Under the pieces are notes generated by a model. It saw only the letters and a program-made list of their open reading frames with translations, had not been told where the DNA came from and searched no databases. A program made the position numbers and the translations under genes. This document shows, in pieces, positions 9,132 to 16,662 of a DNA stretch of 64,000 bases. Positions within the stretch are counted from its first letter, which is position 1. Every line of letters starts with the position of its first letter. Where the stretch lies: the NCBI RefSeq assembly GCF_965200105.1, contig NZ_CBDATN010000003.1:225863-289862 (forward strand), given 5' to 3'. This DNA is from Sphingomonas sp. GTDB taxonomy: Bacteria > Pseudomonadota > Alphaproteobacteria > Sphingomonadales > Sphingomonadaceae.

Positions 9132-9550
9132 GCGGATGCTCCGCTTGTCGGCGAAAGCTTCCGGTTCGGCGTAATGGTCGTTGCGGTGAATGACGCTATG
9201 GCGCTATCAAAGCGGAGCCGGTCGACGTTCGCGGACGAAGCCCTTTTGGAAGGAGCCTCGTGTGGAGCCGGGGAGCGTCGACCGGTCCAATTTGCAGCAG
9301 TCTTGTTGGAAGGACTGCTGGTCGAGCGTTGAAAGCGGGCATGTGCCCCGCTCGACACAACGCACAGTGGCCGCCGAGGAAGTTGTGCGCAAGTAGTGTT
9401 AATGTGTGGACAAGCCTCGGCTAACGGCTTGACTCCGTGACGAAGCCCAGATTGCCGGTGCGTCGCCCGCGGTACGGCGACGATTAGCCGATTTTGAAAT
9501 GCGACGAACCGTTGAGCGCGGTATCGCTTAGGAATGGACCGGGTTGGCAC
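9128..9550 (-). CDS. Possible 140-aa orphan ORF
   Basis: Its start overlaps the upstream stop (TAGTG) and its stop overlaps the downstream start (GTGA), but there is no recognisable motif and codon usage is atypical. Confidence 0.3.
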   Translation of the reverse strand: MPTRSIPKRYRAQRFVAFQNRLIVAVPRATHRQSGLRHGVKPLAEACPHINTTCAQLPRRPLCVVSSGAHARFQRSTSSPSNKTAANWTGRRSPAPHEAPSKRASSANVDRLRFDSAIASFTATTITPNRKLSPTSGASA

Positions 9551-9792
9551 TAGCCCATTCCCAGCGCGGTTTTGTACGTCTCAAGCAAAGCCTCGGCCTC
9601 GTCGCGGTCATCCTTGTTCATGCGGCGCAGGCGGATCACCGCCTTCATCGCAGTCGGATCGTACCCGCCGGACTTCGCCTCCAGAAACACGTCCCTGATG
9701 TCGTCCTGCATCCCCTTCTTCTCTTCTTCGAGACGCTCTATGCGCTCAATGAAGAGGCGAAGCTGGTCGGCGGCGACGTTGCTTTCAGCCAT
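9550..9792 (-). CDS. GapR (DUF2312) nucleoid-associated protein homologue
   Basis: MAESNVAADQLRLFIERIERLEEEKKGMQDDIRDVFLEAKSGGYDPTAMKAVIRLRR, the GapR signature. Confidence 0.9.
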   Translation of the reverse strand: MAESNVAADQLRLFIERIERLEEEKKGMQDDIRDVFLEAKSGGYDPTAMKAVIRLRRMNKDDRDEAEALLETYKTALGMG

Positions 9793-10288
9793 GTGCGGCA
9801 TCCTCGTTATGTTCGGGTGCTTGGGGGGTGAGAGTCGACGACGTTGCTTGCCGGCTTCGCCGCCGTCGCCCTGCGTTGATGGCGCAAGTGCGGCAGCTTC
9901 GCCTGCCGTGTCGGTCGATCTTGAGGTTGTCGCCGGAATACCGGTGCCCATGGGGACAACTTGTCAAAGCCGCACCACGGCGGCGATTTGCGTCTGCCGA
10001 CGCTCCTCGGATGGTGTTTTCTTGGTTGCTGACCTGCTCAAGGTGGTCGGGGTTGCAACAACTGCGCTGGCGACAGAGATGATCGGCCACCTTGCCGCCT
10101 TCAATGACACGGAAGCGGCCAAGGGTGATCCGATGCACGTTCTGCACCCGACCATCGATCATGCAGTTGCCGTATCCGCCGGTTCCGATGGCGCCAATCC
10201 AGAGCCAACAACCATTCGGGGAAACGAACACCTGGTCCCAGAAGCGAGTTGGGAGACATGGATGACCGAAATAGGTGTCCACGGTCAT
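9785..10288 (-). CDS. Free-standing HNH endonuclease (HNH_3 type) with C-terminal Zn motif
   Basis: GCWLWIG...GYG...VHR...DHLCRQRSCCNPDHLEQVSNQEN and CPHGH...CRTC. AGGGAG RBS precedes the ATG at 10288. Confidence 0.88.
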   Translation of the reverse strand: MTVDTYFGHPCLPTRFWDQVFVSPNGCWLWIGAIGTGGYGNCMIDGRVQNVHRITLGRFRVIEGGKVADHLCRQRSCCNPDHLEQVSNQENTIRGASADANRRRGAALTSCPHGHRYSGDNLKIDRHGRRSCRTCAINAGRRRRSRQATSSTLTPQAPEHNEDAAHG

Positions 10289-10292
10289 CTCC

Positions 10293-10886
10293 CTAATAAA
10301 GCTGCTCACGCTCGCGATCGGCGCGGGCGTGTTGGCGGTTGTTGAAGTCGGCGATGGCTCGCCGCGCGGCGCGCAGCTCGGAGCCAGGCATATCGGCTAT
10401 GACCGCGCGCGCCTCGGCGGCGCTCAGGCCCTTCTGCCGGACGAGCCGCTGATACTCAGCGCGGTGCTCGGGCAGGATGTCCGCAAGGCGCGTCTGGGTG
10501 ATCGCCTGCCCCGCCCGCTTGCGGATCTCGGGATCTCGGTTGCGGGCGCGGACGTCGTCGCGGCTCAAATAGTCACGGTACTGTCGGTGACCGTGCTCGA
10601 CGAGCTTCGCCCGCTTCTCAGGATCGCGAAGCGCAGCCGCCTGCGCTGCTTGGATGCGCACGGCGAGCATCGCCTTTACATCGGGGCGGGCGTAGTAGGC
10701 GGCCTGCGCCGCTTGACGTTTCGCCTCGATTTCAGGTCGCGCGCGCAGGCTATGCCCGGCGCACGAGCGGCAGTGCGTTGTTGGCTTGGCCGCCTTGCAC
10801 GCACCGGGCGCGCGACAGTGCTGGCGCATTGGCAACACTTCATCGGCCGCAGAAGCACCCGCTTCCGCGTCAGTCCCTACATCCAT
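10293..10886 (-). CDS. Hypothetical phage protein
   Basis: Strong RBS (GGAGGAG); Cys/His cluster (HC..C, HCRSC) followed by a helical basic region. Confidence 0.6.
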   Translation of the reverse strand: MDVGTDAEAGASAADEVLPMRQHCRAPGACKAAKPTTHCRSCAGHSLRARPEIEAKRQAAQAAYYARPDVKAMLAVRIQAAQAAALRDPEKRAKLVEHGHRQYRDYLSRDDVRARNRDPEIRKRAGQAITQTRLADILPEHRAEYQRLVRQKGLSAAEARAVIADMPGSELRAARRAIADFNNRQHARADREREQLY

Positions 10887-10938
10887 CGTTTGCTCCTCCG
10901 GGCGTCGTCAGCCCGCCAGCTCTGTCCCTGTTCGAGCG

Positions 10939-11418
10939 CTATCCACCGACCAACTTCAGCTGTTGCCGGCGCCTGCGATCACGCATCATGTCGACCGCGC
11001 GGCCGGCGGCATCGAGCGCGGGGCCCATCGCATCCAGCTCGCGGTCGTCGATCTTCCCGTCGTCCGACAGCGCCAGCGCGACTTGGTGCAGCAGGCCGGT
11101 GATAGCCGGCAGCGCGTCGCGATCGGTCGCGGCCGACGTCTCCGCCGGCACCAGCTTCATGCCGACGAGCGCCAGCGCGTCGTTGGCGAAGCGGCCGTCC
11201 CAGCGCTCGCACGCGCGCAGGAAGGCGACCGCGCCCATCTCGCCATCGCCCTTGGCGTAGGCCTCGGCGCGATCGCCACTCTTGCCGAGCACGACGCCGA
11301 GATCTTTGAAGGTCGCACCGTCCTCATCCTTAATCCTGGTCAGGCTCTTCCCGAGCGTGTCGAGCAGCAACGACGCGGAAACGGTGCGGTAGCGGGTGTG
11401 GATGTGCCCGTCGGTCAT
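10939..11418 (-). CDS. CII-like phage regulatory protein (putative)
   Basis: HTH-like TFKDLGVVLGKSGDRAEAY; occupies the cII position downstream of cro. Confidence 0.55.
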   Translation of the reverse strand: MTDGHIHTRYRTVSASLLLDTLGKSLTRIKDEDGATFKDLGVVLGKSGDRAEAYAKGDGEMGAVAFLRACERWDGRFANDALALVGMKLVPAETSAATDRDALPAITGLLHQVALALSDDGKIDDRELDAMGPALDAAGRAVDMMRDRRRRQQLKLVGG

Positions 11419-11612
11419 GGCGCATCACCCTGGCTATGGTGGGAACGATCGCTCAGGCCACAGTCGGTGCGCGTGCACGTCCGAGCATGGCCGGTGTTGG
11501 CGAGGTGGCTGCACCCGGCCGCAGGGCAGACGGCGATGAAGCGGGCGCGCTGGGGCTGTGGCAGCGTGATGGCGGCGCCGGTGAGGACATGCGGGTTGAG
11601 GGCGCCGATCAT
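11415..11612 (-). CDS. Hypothetical Cys-rich small protein
   Basis: ATGA-type overlaps with both neighbours. Confidence 0.4.
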   Translation of the reverse strand: MIGALNPHVLTGAAITLPQPQRARFIAVCPAAGCSHLANTGHARTCTRTDCGLSDRSHHSQGDAP

Positions 11613-11809
11613 GCGGCCGCCTGCTGGGCCGTGGGGCGATACGTCGCCATAAACGTCCGGACACGTTGGATTGTCTTGCGACGCGTTTCTCGCCCTGCGC
11701 GAAGTTGTGCTACGAACATCGTGTCGTTGACGGCGTCCCGCCCGAAACGGCTCTCGCGCATCTGATGAGCAGCGCAGAACGTCTCAATGTCAGAGAGAAG
11801 GTCGTCCAT
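11609..11809 (-). CDS. Cro-like repressor
   Basis: MDDLLSDIETFCAAHQMRESRFGRDAVNDTMFVAQLRAGRE; divergent from an XRE repressor. Confidence 0.8.
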   Translation of the reverse strand: MDDLLSDIETFCAAHQMRESRFGRDAVNDTMFVAQLRAGRETRRKTIQRVRTFMATYRPTAQQAAA

Positions 11810-11814
11810 GCCGA

Positions 11815-11870
11815 AGCTATGCGACGGACATATCCGTCGCGTCAAGTAGTTCGTGACGGATATGTCCGTA
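11815..11870. promoter_or_regulatory. OR-like operators and cro promoter
   Basis: GACGGA-CATA-TCCGTC (11823-11838) and GACGGA-TATG-TCCGTA (11855-11870). Minus-strand TTGACG (11845-11840) and GCATAGCT (11822-11815) flank the first operator. Confidence 0.8.
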
Positions 11871-11908
11871 GATTGTGGCTTGAGGTTGGGGCGTGGGATA
11901 CGCCCGAC

Positions 11909-12358
11909 ATGGATCTGCCGAGGTTCGATCTGTCGACGGTCGTGGCCGTTCTGCGCGAGCGGACCGGCCAAGACGGGCCGTTCTCCATGCGGGGCTTATC
12001 GAAGGCGGCGTGCCAGCACCGCGATACGGTAAGCGACATCATCGCTGGGCGAAACAGAAACCCGACCATCAGGGTACTCTCGGCGCTCGCGGAAGCGATG
12101 GGCGAGGATCTGTCGGTCTTCGGAATCGAGCTTTCCCGGCGGGCTGATGTTCCTACTGAGGCGGAGTTAGAGCAGGCGCTCCGAAGCGCGCTCCCGGATA
12201 TGCCGCGAGGTTCGCCGGACAAACGCGCCCGATTTCTCGCCGAATCCGTAGCACGGCTATTGCAGCTTCCTCCATCTCGTCCAGCCAACGGCGTTGAGCA
12301 ACCAAGTCAAGCGGGCGGTCGCGAAGAAGTCGCTCCTCCTCACGCAGCCACCAGCTGA
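11909..12358 (+). CDS. CI-like XRE-family repressor lacking the S24 peptidase domain
   Basis: FSMRGLSKAACQHRDTVSDIIAGRNRNPTIRVLSALAEAM HTH. 149 aa with no Ser/Lys autocleavage motifs in the C-terminus. Confidence 0.8.
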   Translation: MDLPRFDLSTVVAVLRERTGQDGPFSMRGLSKAACQHRDTVSDIIAGRNRNPTIRVLSALAEAMGEDLSVFGIELSRRADVPTEAELEQALRSALPDMPRGSPDKRARFLAESVARLLQLPPSRPANGVEQPSQAGGREEVAPPHAATS

Positions 12359-12455
12359 GGGTGATCTGCTTGGCAGCGCATTCACGAAAGCACGGCGTGC
12401 AACCGAGGTCGCACGCCGGCTCCGTGAGCGGGGTGTTGCGAGTCGCCCGAGCCAC

Positions 12456-12470
12456 GTTCATCGTATGTTC
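12456..12470 (+). promoter_or_regulatory. Alphaproteobacterial LexA (SOS) box
   Basis: GTTC-ATCGTAT-GTTC is an exact GTTC-N7-GTTC direct repeat, intergenic, and contains a -10-like TATGTT. Confidence 0.7.
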
Positions 12471-12545
12471 TCTGCAATCCAACATGTCTAGGGATTTCCC
12501 TATCGGGCGCGCAGCCGCTCGGCGATGGCTCGCAAGGGATGGCAG

Positions 12546-12728
12546 ATGATCGAGTTCACAGCTTACCGAGGCGGCAGGGTCGCGGTGAACCCCATGCTGG
12601 TGTTCGCGATCGAGGCTGTGCCGGAGGGCGGCACGCAGATCGTGTCGGCCGCTGGCGGTGTCGTCGTCGTGAAGGAGGAGTTCGGCGAGGTGCATCGGCG
12701 GATCGGTGCCTGGGCGAAGAGCGGGTGA
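12546..12728 (+). CDS. 60-aa FlbD/SwrD-like small protein
   Basis: MIEFT...VAVNPMLVFAIEAVPEGGTQIV...VVVKEEFGEVHRRI follows the FlbD pattern (MI.LT...G....N...I..IE..P..T.I....G....VKE...EV). Confidence 0.65.
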   Translation: MIEFTAYRGGRVAVNPMLVFAIEAVPEGGTQIVSAAGGVVVVKEEFGEVHRRIGAWAKSG

Positions 12729-12913
12729 TGCGGTTGGCTAGTCGCAATGGGGGATAAGCTGACTGGGCTCTTATCGATCGGCGCGACGATTCGTCGAGGC
12801 CTGACCCATGTCAGCGAGCTTCTTGGCATCGAGGCTATTGCAAACGCTATGGGTTGTGACGACGCCCTTCATACGGCTCTTTACGGCTATCCGGCATTTC
12901 GGGTTGATAGACG

Positions 12914-14230
12914 CTAGAACGTGCCACGCTGCAAAGCCCTCGCCAGGGTTGATGCCTTCACGCCGGCCTCGCCGATCTGACACTCGACCATCCGCCTGAT
13001 CTCCTCCGCGCTGGTCGCCAGCGGGAACGAGAAGTGCACCAGGTCGCCGAGGTTCACGAGCGTGCCGTAGCGCAGCAGCGCCTTCGCCCGCAGCGTCTCG
13101 AAGTCGTATCCGAACCCGCGCCGGTTGATCTCGTTGATGCGGCCGTTGAGGTTCTCGACCAGCCCGTTCGTGTAGCGGGCCTCGTAGTAGTTGAAGATCG
13201 GGTTGCCCCAGTGGCGCATGAGCGTGATGACCGGTCGGAAGAACCGGCGCAGGTTCGGCGGCATCGTCTCGACCCACCGGAAGTATGCCGCCTCCGCTGC
13301 CCTTCGATCGTCTAGCTCGTACAGGTCGAAGAACTGCTCCTTGGCGGTGTACGCCGCTTTGAGGAACGGGAACTCGCCGAGGATGGCCGCCATCTTATCT
13401 TGGCGTTCATCCGACATGCCGTCCCAGCGCGAGAGGAAGATGCGGTTCTGGCGTCTCAGCTTCCGCCTGTCTTCGTTGCTCAGCGAAGCTGACAACGACT
13501 TGCGGGCCTCGTCCATCGCCTCGTTCGCGTACCTCACGACGTGGAACTTATCGATCACCACGAGGGCCTTCGGCAGGTAGCGGCTCGCCATCTTCTCGTA
13601 CCCGCGCCACATGTCCTGGCAGAACACTTCGACCTTGTTGTACGCTTCGAGACGCTGGAACAGCGGCTCTATACTCGCCGTGTCGCGCTGGGGCAGCATG
13701 TCGAGGATGGTGCCCGCCTCGATGTCGGCGCAGACGAAGCGGTCACCGCCGAGGATGCGGTTCTCGTCCACACCGAACACGCGCGGCGGGGTGAACTCGT
13801 AGTCGAGAAGGCGCTTGCGCGCGTAGGTTAAGAAGATGCGCCGGACCAGCGTCGGCTCGACCGCATGGAAGGTTGCGGCATCCTCGAACGGGCGCTTGAT
13901 CGCGGAGCGCACGATATCGTTCTTCAGCCGCTCCGTGATATAGTGATCGTCATCAACGTGCGGCACCTTCTGGTAGAGCGTGCTGCCGCAGCTCTGGCAT
14001 TTGTACCGCTGCCGGCTGACGACCAGCCACGTCGGCGCGGGCTCGATCCGACGATCACGGTAGCGCACCTGTTTCGTGCCGTTCTTCACCAGCTTGCGGG
14101 CAAGGCAACACAGGTCAATGTCGAGGCGAGTCGGCGCGCAGTGGACCAGGACCTCCGCAAGGTCGCCCTGGTCGTCGTGGACCAGTTTCGGTCGCCCCAC
14201 CTCAAAAAGAGGCAGGCGGAGCCAATTCAC
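12914..14230 (-). CDS. ISL3-family transposase
   Basis: RYKCQSC zinc finger; FGVDE, FCQDMW and VIDKFHVV (DDE core); YTNGLVENLNGRINEINRRGFGY. Confidence 0.93.
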   Translation of the reverse strand: MNWLRLPLFEVGRPKLVHDDQGDLAEVLVHCAPTRLDIDLCCLARKLVKNGTKQVRYRDRRIEPAPTWLVVSRQRYKCQSCGSTLYQKVPHVDDDHYITERLKNDIVRSAIKRPFEDAATFHAVEPTLVRRIFLTYARKRLLDYEFTPPRVFGVDENRILGGDRFVCADIEAGTILDMLPQRDTASIEPLFQRLEAYNKVEVFCQDMWRGYEKMASRYLPKALVVIDKFHVVRYANEAMDEARKSLSASLSNEDRRKLRRQNRIFLSRWDGMSDERQDKMAAILGEFPFLKAAYTAKEQFFDLYELDDRRAAEAAYFRWVETMPPNLRRFFRPVITLMRHWGNPIFNYYEARYTNGLVENLNGRINEINRRGFGYDFETLRAKALLRYGTLVNLGDLVHFSFPLATSAEEIRRMVECQIGEAGVKASTLARALQRGTF

Positions 14231-14478
14231 GTTCGTTTCGCGCGTTCCGCTAGAGCTTTGATCTCTTCGGGTGGTTCACCCCACCAAGTGAACTCGACCG
14301 TTGCGGTGAACCTAGGCGGTTCTCGCCGCCAAGGATTGTGTTCGTCAAGGTAATCGGTGGAGATTGTGTGCCCTGGGCTCTCTTGGTGAAAGGCAAACGA
14401 GGACACGAAAGCCTCGCCCTCGAAATCCCGGCGGGGCGCTGGTAGGTCGTTTTCAGCCTCGGTCATGGGTCGCTCCAT
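14227..14478 (-). CDS. 83-aa ORF inside the IS, upstream of the transposase
   Basis: Lies within the IRs; its stop overlaps the transposase GTG (GTGA). Confidence 0.55.
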   Translation of the reverse strand: MERPMTEAENDLPAPRRDFEGEAFVSSFAFHQESPGHTISTDYLDEHNPWRREPPRFTATVEFTWWGEPPEEIKALAERAKRT

Positions 14479-15294
14479 GGTTGCGGTTAGAGCCGGGCGG
14501 GGTTGCCTCCCCGTTCCGGCTCGCCCTTTTATCGCGGTTAGGCAGGACCGTCCACCAACCCCAAACGCGGTAGCCTACGATGCGACGATCCTATCCGCAT
14601 CAACCCCGTTTGCTGGATAGCCCTCTTTACACTAAGGGTAACTTCATCGTCTTTCTGCTCACGAGCCTTGCCCTCAGCTTCATCCGCGATCTCGTGATCG
14701 TCGTGACGGAGCGACCGTGATGGCACTTCGGTCGCACTTTCGCCGTTTTGCACCTGTATGAGCGAGAAGCCATGGTGACCGTTGTAGCCTTCGCTGGCGC
14801 CTATTTTGCCCTCGCGACCGTTCTGGCGGTTGCAGCTACGCGCTACCGGCGTCGCGCTCGGGAGATCGTGGAAGCGATTCTCGCCGAGGCCGGCTCTGAT
14901 CAAGAGCGCGGAATGTTGGAGTTCACGCTGGCTTCATTGAACTCGATGCGTATGGCGCCAGCGGTGACATTGTCGTTCTTACATGGTCTAGTTATTCCAC
15001 GTAGGACGTTGGGAAACCTTGCAAACTCATACCGAGAAGATTGTCCGGTTCTGAGTTGCCATCCACTCCGTCACCAGCTCGCTGAGAGCGTCATGGCTTC
15101 TTATGCTGCGGCAAATCCCATCTTTGGTGTGACCGCTTATCTGGCGCGCTGGCTTTATGCTGCGCGCCTCGTTCACCTGCATCACGCAGCCAAGCCTGCG
15201 ACCGACGTGAGGGTTCTGGCCGCCGCTTGCTGAGTCGGTCTTGCGCACCCTCTCACTCGCCTGCGTAGGCGCCGGCTGATCGCTGCCGCTATCG

Positions 15295-15322
15295 TTGACT
15301 CCCAAGCGCAACCGGTCATTCT
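15295..15322 (+). promoter_or_regulatory. Putative sigma70 promoter of the exported-protein gene
   Basis: TTGACT (15295-15300), then 16 nt, then CATTCT. Confidence 0.4.
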
Positions 15323-15358
15323 CCTGCCGCCAGACAGGGCTGGCTACAGGGGGTTAGT

Positions 15359-16000
15359 ATGATGAGAGTATTGGCCGTCGCGGCGAGCTTCGCAGTGGCT
15401 GTATCCGCGCTTGCGCAGACCGGCTGGACGCAGCAGCCGATCGTGCTTGGCTCCGCCGCTAACACAAGCGTTCTGCGCGCCGGTACGGCGATCCCGATGC
15501 GGACGAGCGAGGAGCTGACGACCAAGGGCAAGGCGCTCCGCGTCGGGCAGCGTTTCAGGATTGAAACCACCGAGCCCGTAACGCTGAACGGCCAGACCGT
15601 GATTCCGGTTGGCACGCCCGGCATGGGCGAGGTCACGTCCGTCCGCAACAAGGGCATGTGGGGCAAGTCCGGCAACATTGAGGCACACGTCCTCTACCTG
15701 CGCGTCGGTGATCGTCAGTTCCGCCTCTCCGGCACCATGAACGATAAGGGCAAGACCGGCACGGCGGGCGTCGTCGGCGCGGTCGCGCTGGTGCCGATTG
15801 CGGGCTTCTTCATGACTGGCACGAGCGCGGCGATCCCGATGGGCGCGCCGGTCAATGCGTTCCTCGACGAGGACGTGCCAGTGCAGTTCGCAGCCGGCGC
15901 GCCTGCCGCGCTTATCACCGTACCGGCACCAACGACGCCGAGCGGCGCGATCGCGCCTTCTGCGATCGGCAAGACCGTAGCGGTCACGCCTAAGCGGTAA
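15359..16000 (+). CDS. Exported protein with signal peptide (VirB10/TrbI-like beta-rich domain)
   Basis: Signal peptide MMRVLAVAASFAVAVSALAQ; AGTAIPMRTSEEL...VGQRF...VIPVGTPGMGEV...GMWGKSG pattern; C-terminal hydrophobic hairpin. Confidence 0.75.
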   Translation: MMRVLAVAASFAVAVSALAQTGWTQQPIVLGSAANTSVLRAGTAIPMRTSEELTTKGKALRVGQRFRIETTEPVTLNGQTVIPVGTPGMGEVTSVRNKGMWGKSGNIEAHVLYLRVGDRQFRLSGTMNDKGKTGTAGVVGAVALVPIAGFFMTGTSAAIPMGAPVNAFLDEDVPVQFAAGAPAALITVPAPTTPSGAIAPSAIGKTVAVTPKR

Positions 16001-16060
16001 TCGACAGGTCCACGCGTCAGCCTGGCGGTAGGGAGTGGACCACCCGAACGACCGCTAGCA

Positions 16061-16087
16061 AGCCCGGCCTGACCCGCCGGGCTTTTT
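16061..16087 (+). terminator. Rho-independent terminator
   Basis: AGCCCGGC-CTGACCC-GCCGGGCT stem-loop followed by a T-run. Confidence 0.8.
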
Positions 16088-16112
16088 GCTACCTCACGCC
16101 CCCCAAACAAAC

Positions 16113-16166
16113 TGACGGACAGCTCCGTCATGCCTGTTGACTGACGGATATATCCGTCGCTATAAC
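16113..16166 (+). promoter_or_regulatory. PL-like early promoter with two OL-like operators
   Basis: GACGGA-CAGC-TCCGTC (16114-16129) and GACGGA-TATA-TCCGTC (16143-16158). TTGACT (16137-16142) and TATAAC (16161-16166) bracket the second operator. Confidence 0.82.
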
Positions 16167-16212
16167 TTTCCCAGCGCCGTACCCCTGCGGCTTGGGAGCA
16201 AAGCCAGTGCTC

Positions 16213-16662
16213 ATGGAGCGCATCACCCGACCCCACGTCGCCAGCGATGACCCCGACACCGTCGCGGCCGTCGAGAAGTCCCTCCGCATCGTCGCCCTGC
16301 TCGCCGCCGAGCGCGCGAAGCCGTGGCCAAGGCGAGCCGACAACCTCCAGGCGCACAAGAGCCGCATCGGAGGCCTCTTCGCCGAGCTCAACCGGATCGC
16401 CAGCAACGTAGACGGCATGACGCCGAACGAGCTGGAGCAGCTGGGCCGGACGGAGTTGCGGCGCCGAGGGCACGTGCTGCCGAAGGTGACACCCGCCCCG
16501 GATGAGGCGGCGGAGAAGTCTAAGCGCGCAATCGCCGCCGATCTCGACTTGGAGCGCCAGAAGCTCGGCGACGAGGAGGGCAGGATCGTGCCCCGGCCCA
16601 AGCGGCTCGCGGCGCTGCGGCAGAGCGTTGCGGACCTGGAGCAGAAGGTCGCCTCGCTGTGA
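16213..16662 (+). CDS. Hypothetical early protein
   Basis: First ORF after PL; GC-rich third positions; coiled-coil C-terminus. Confidence 0.65.
   Translation: MERITRPHVASDDPDTVAAVEKSLRIVALLAAERAKPWPRRADNLQAHKSRIGGLFAELNRIASNVDGMTPNELEQLGRTELRRRGHVLPKVTPAPDEAAEKSKRAIAADLDLERQKLGDEEGRIVPRPKRLAALRQSVADLEQKVASL

Larger units (their letters stand above)
12885..14622 (-). mobile_element. ISL3-family insertion sequence, 1738 bp
   Basis: Terminal IRs GGCTATCCGGCATTTCGGGTTGA (12885-12907) and TCAACCCCGTTTGCTGGATAGCC (14600-14622), 18/23 matching. 8-bp TSD CTCTTTAC at 12877-12884 and 14623-14630. Confidence 0.95.
12747..15233 (+). pseudogene. Membrane protein gene interrupted by ISL3 and an in-frame TGA
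   Basis: Removing the IS and one TSD copy joins 12747-12884 to 14631-15233 in a single frame of 247 codons, with one internal TGA at 14718-14720. Confidence 0.7.

Noticed and set aside
9381-9413. Host-type DnaA-dependent origin
   Set aside because: Only two imperfect DnaA-like boxes; a better origin candidate with iterons exists at 8301-8402.
11666-11908. N-terminal extension of CI (230-aa ORF call)
   Set aside because: It overlaps cro and the operator/promoter region on the opposite strand; the HTH protein starts plausibly at ATG 11909.
12294-12491. 65-aa ORF overlapping the cI 3' end
   Set aside because: TTG start inside cI, no motif, and it spans the hairpin and LexA box, which better explain the sequence.
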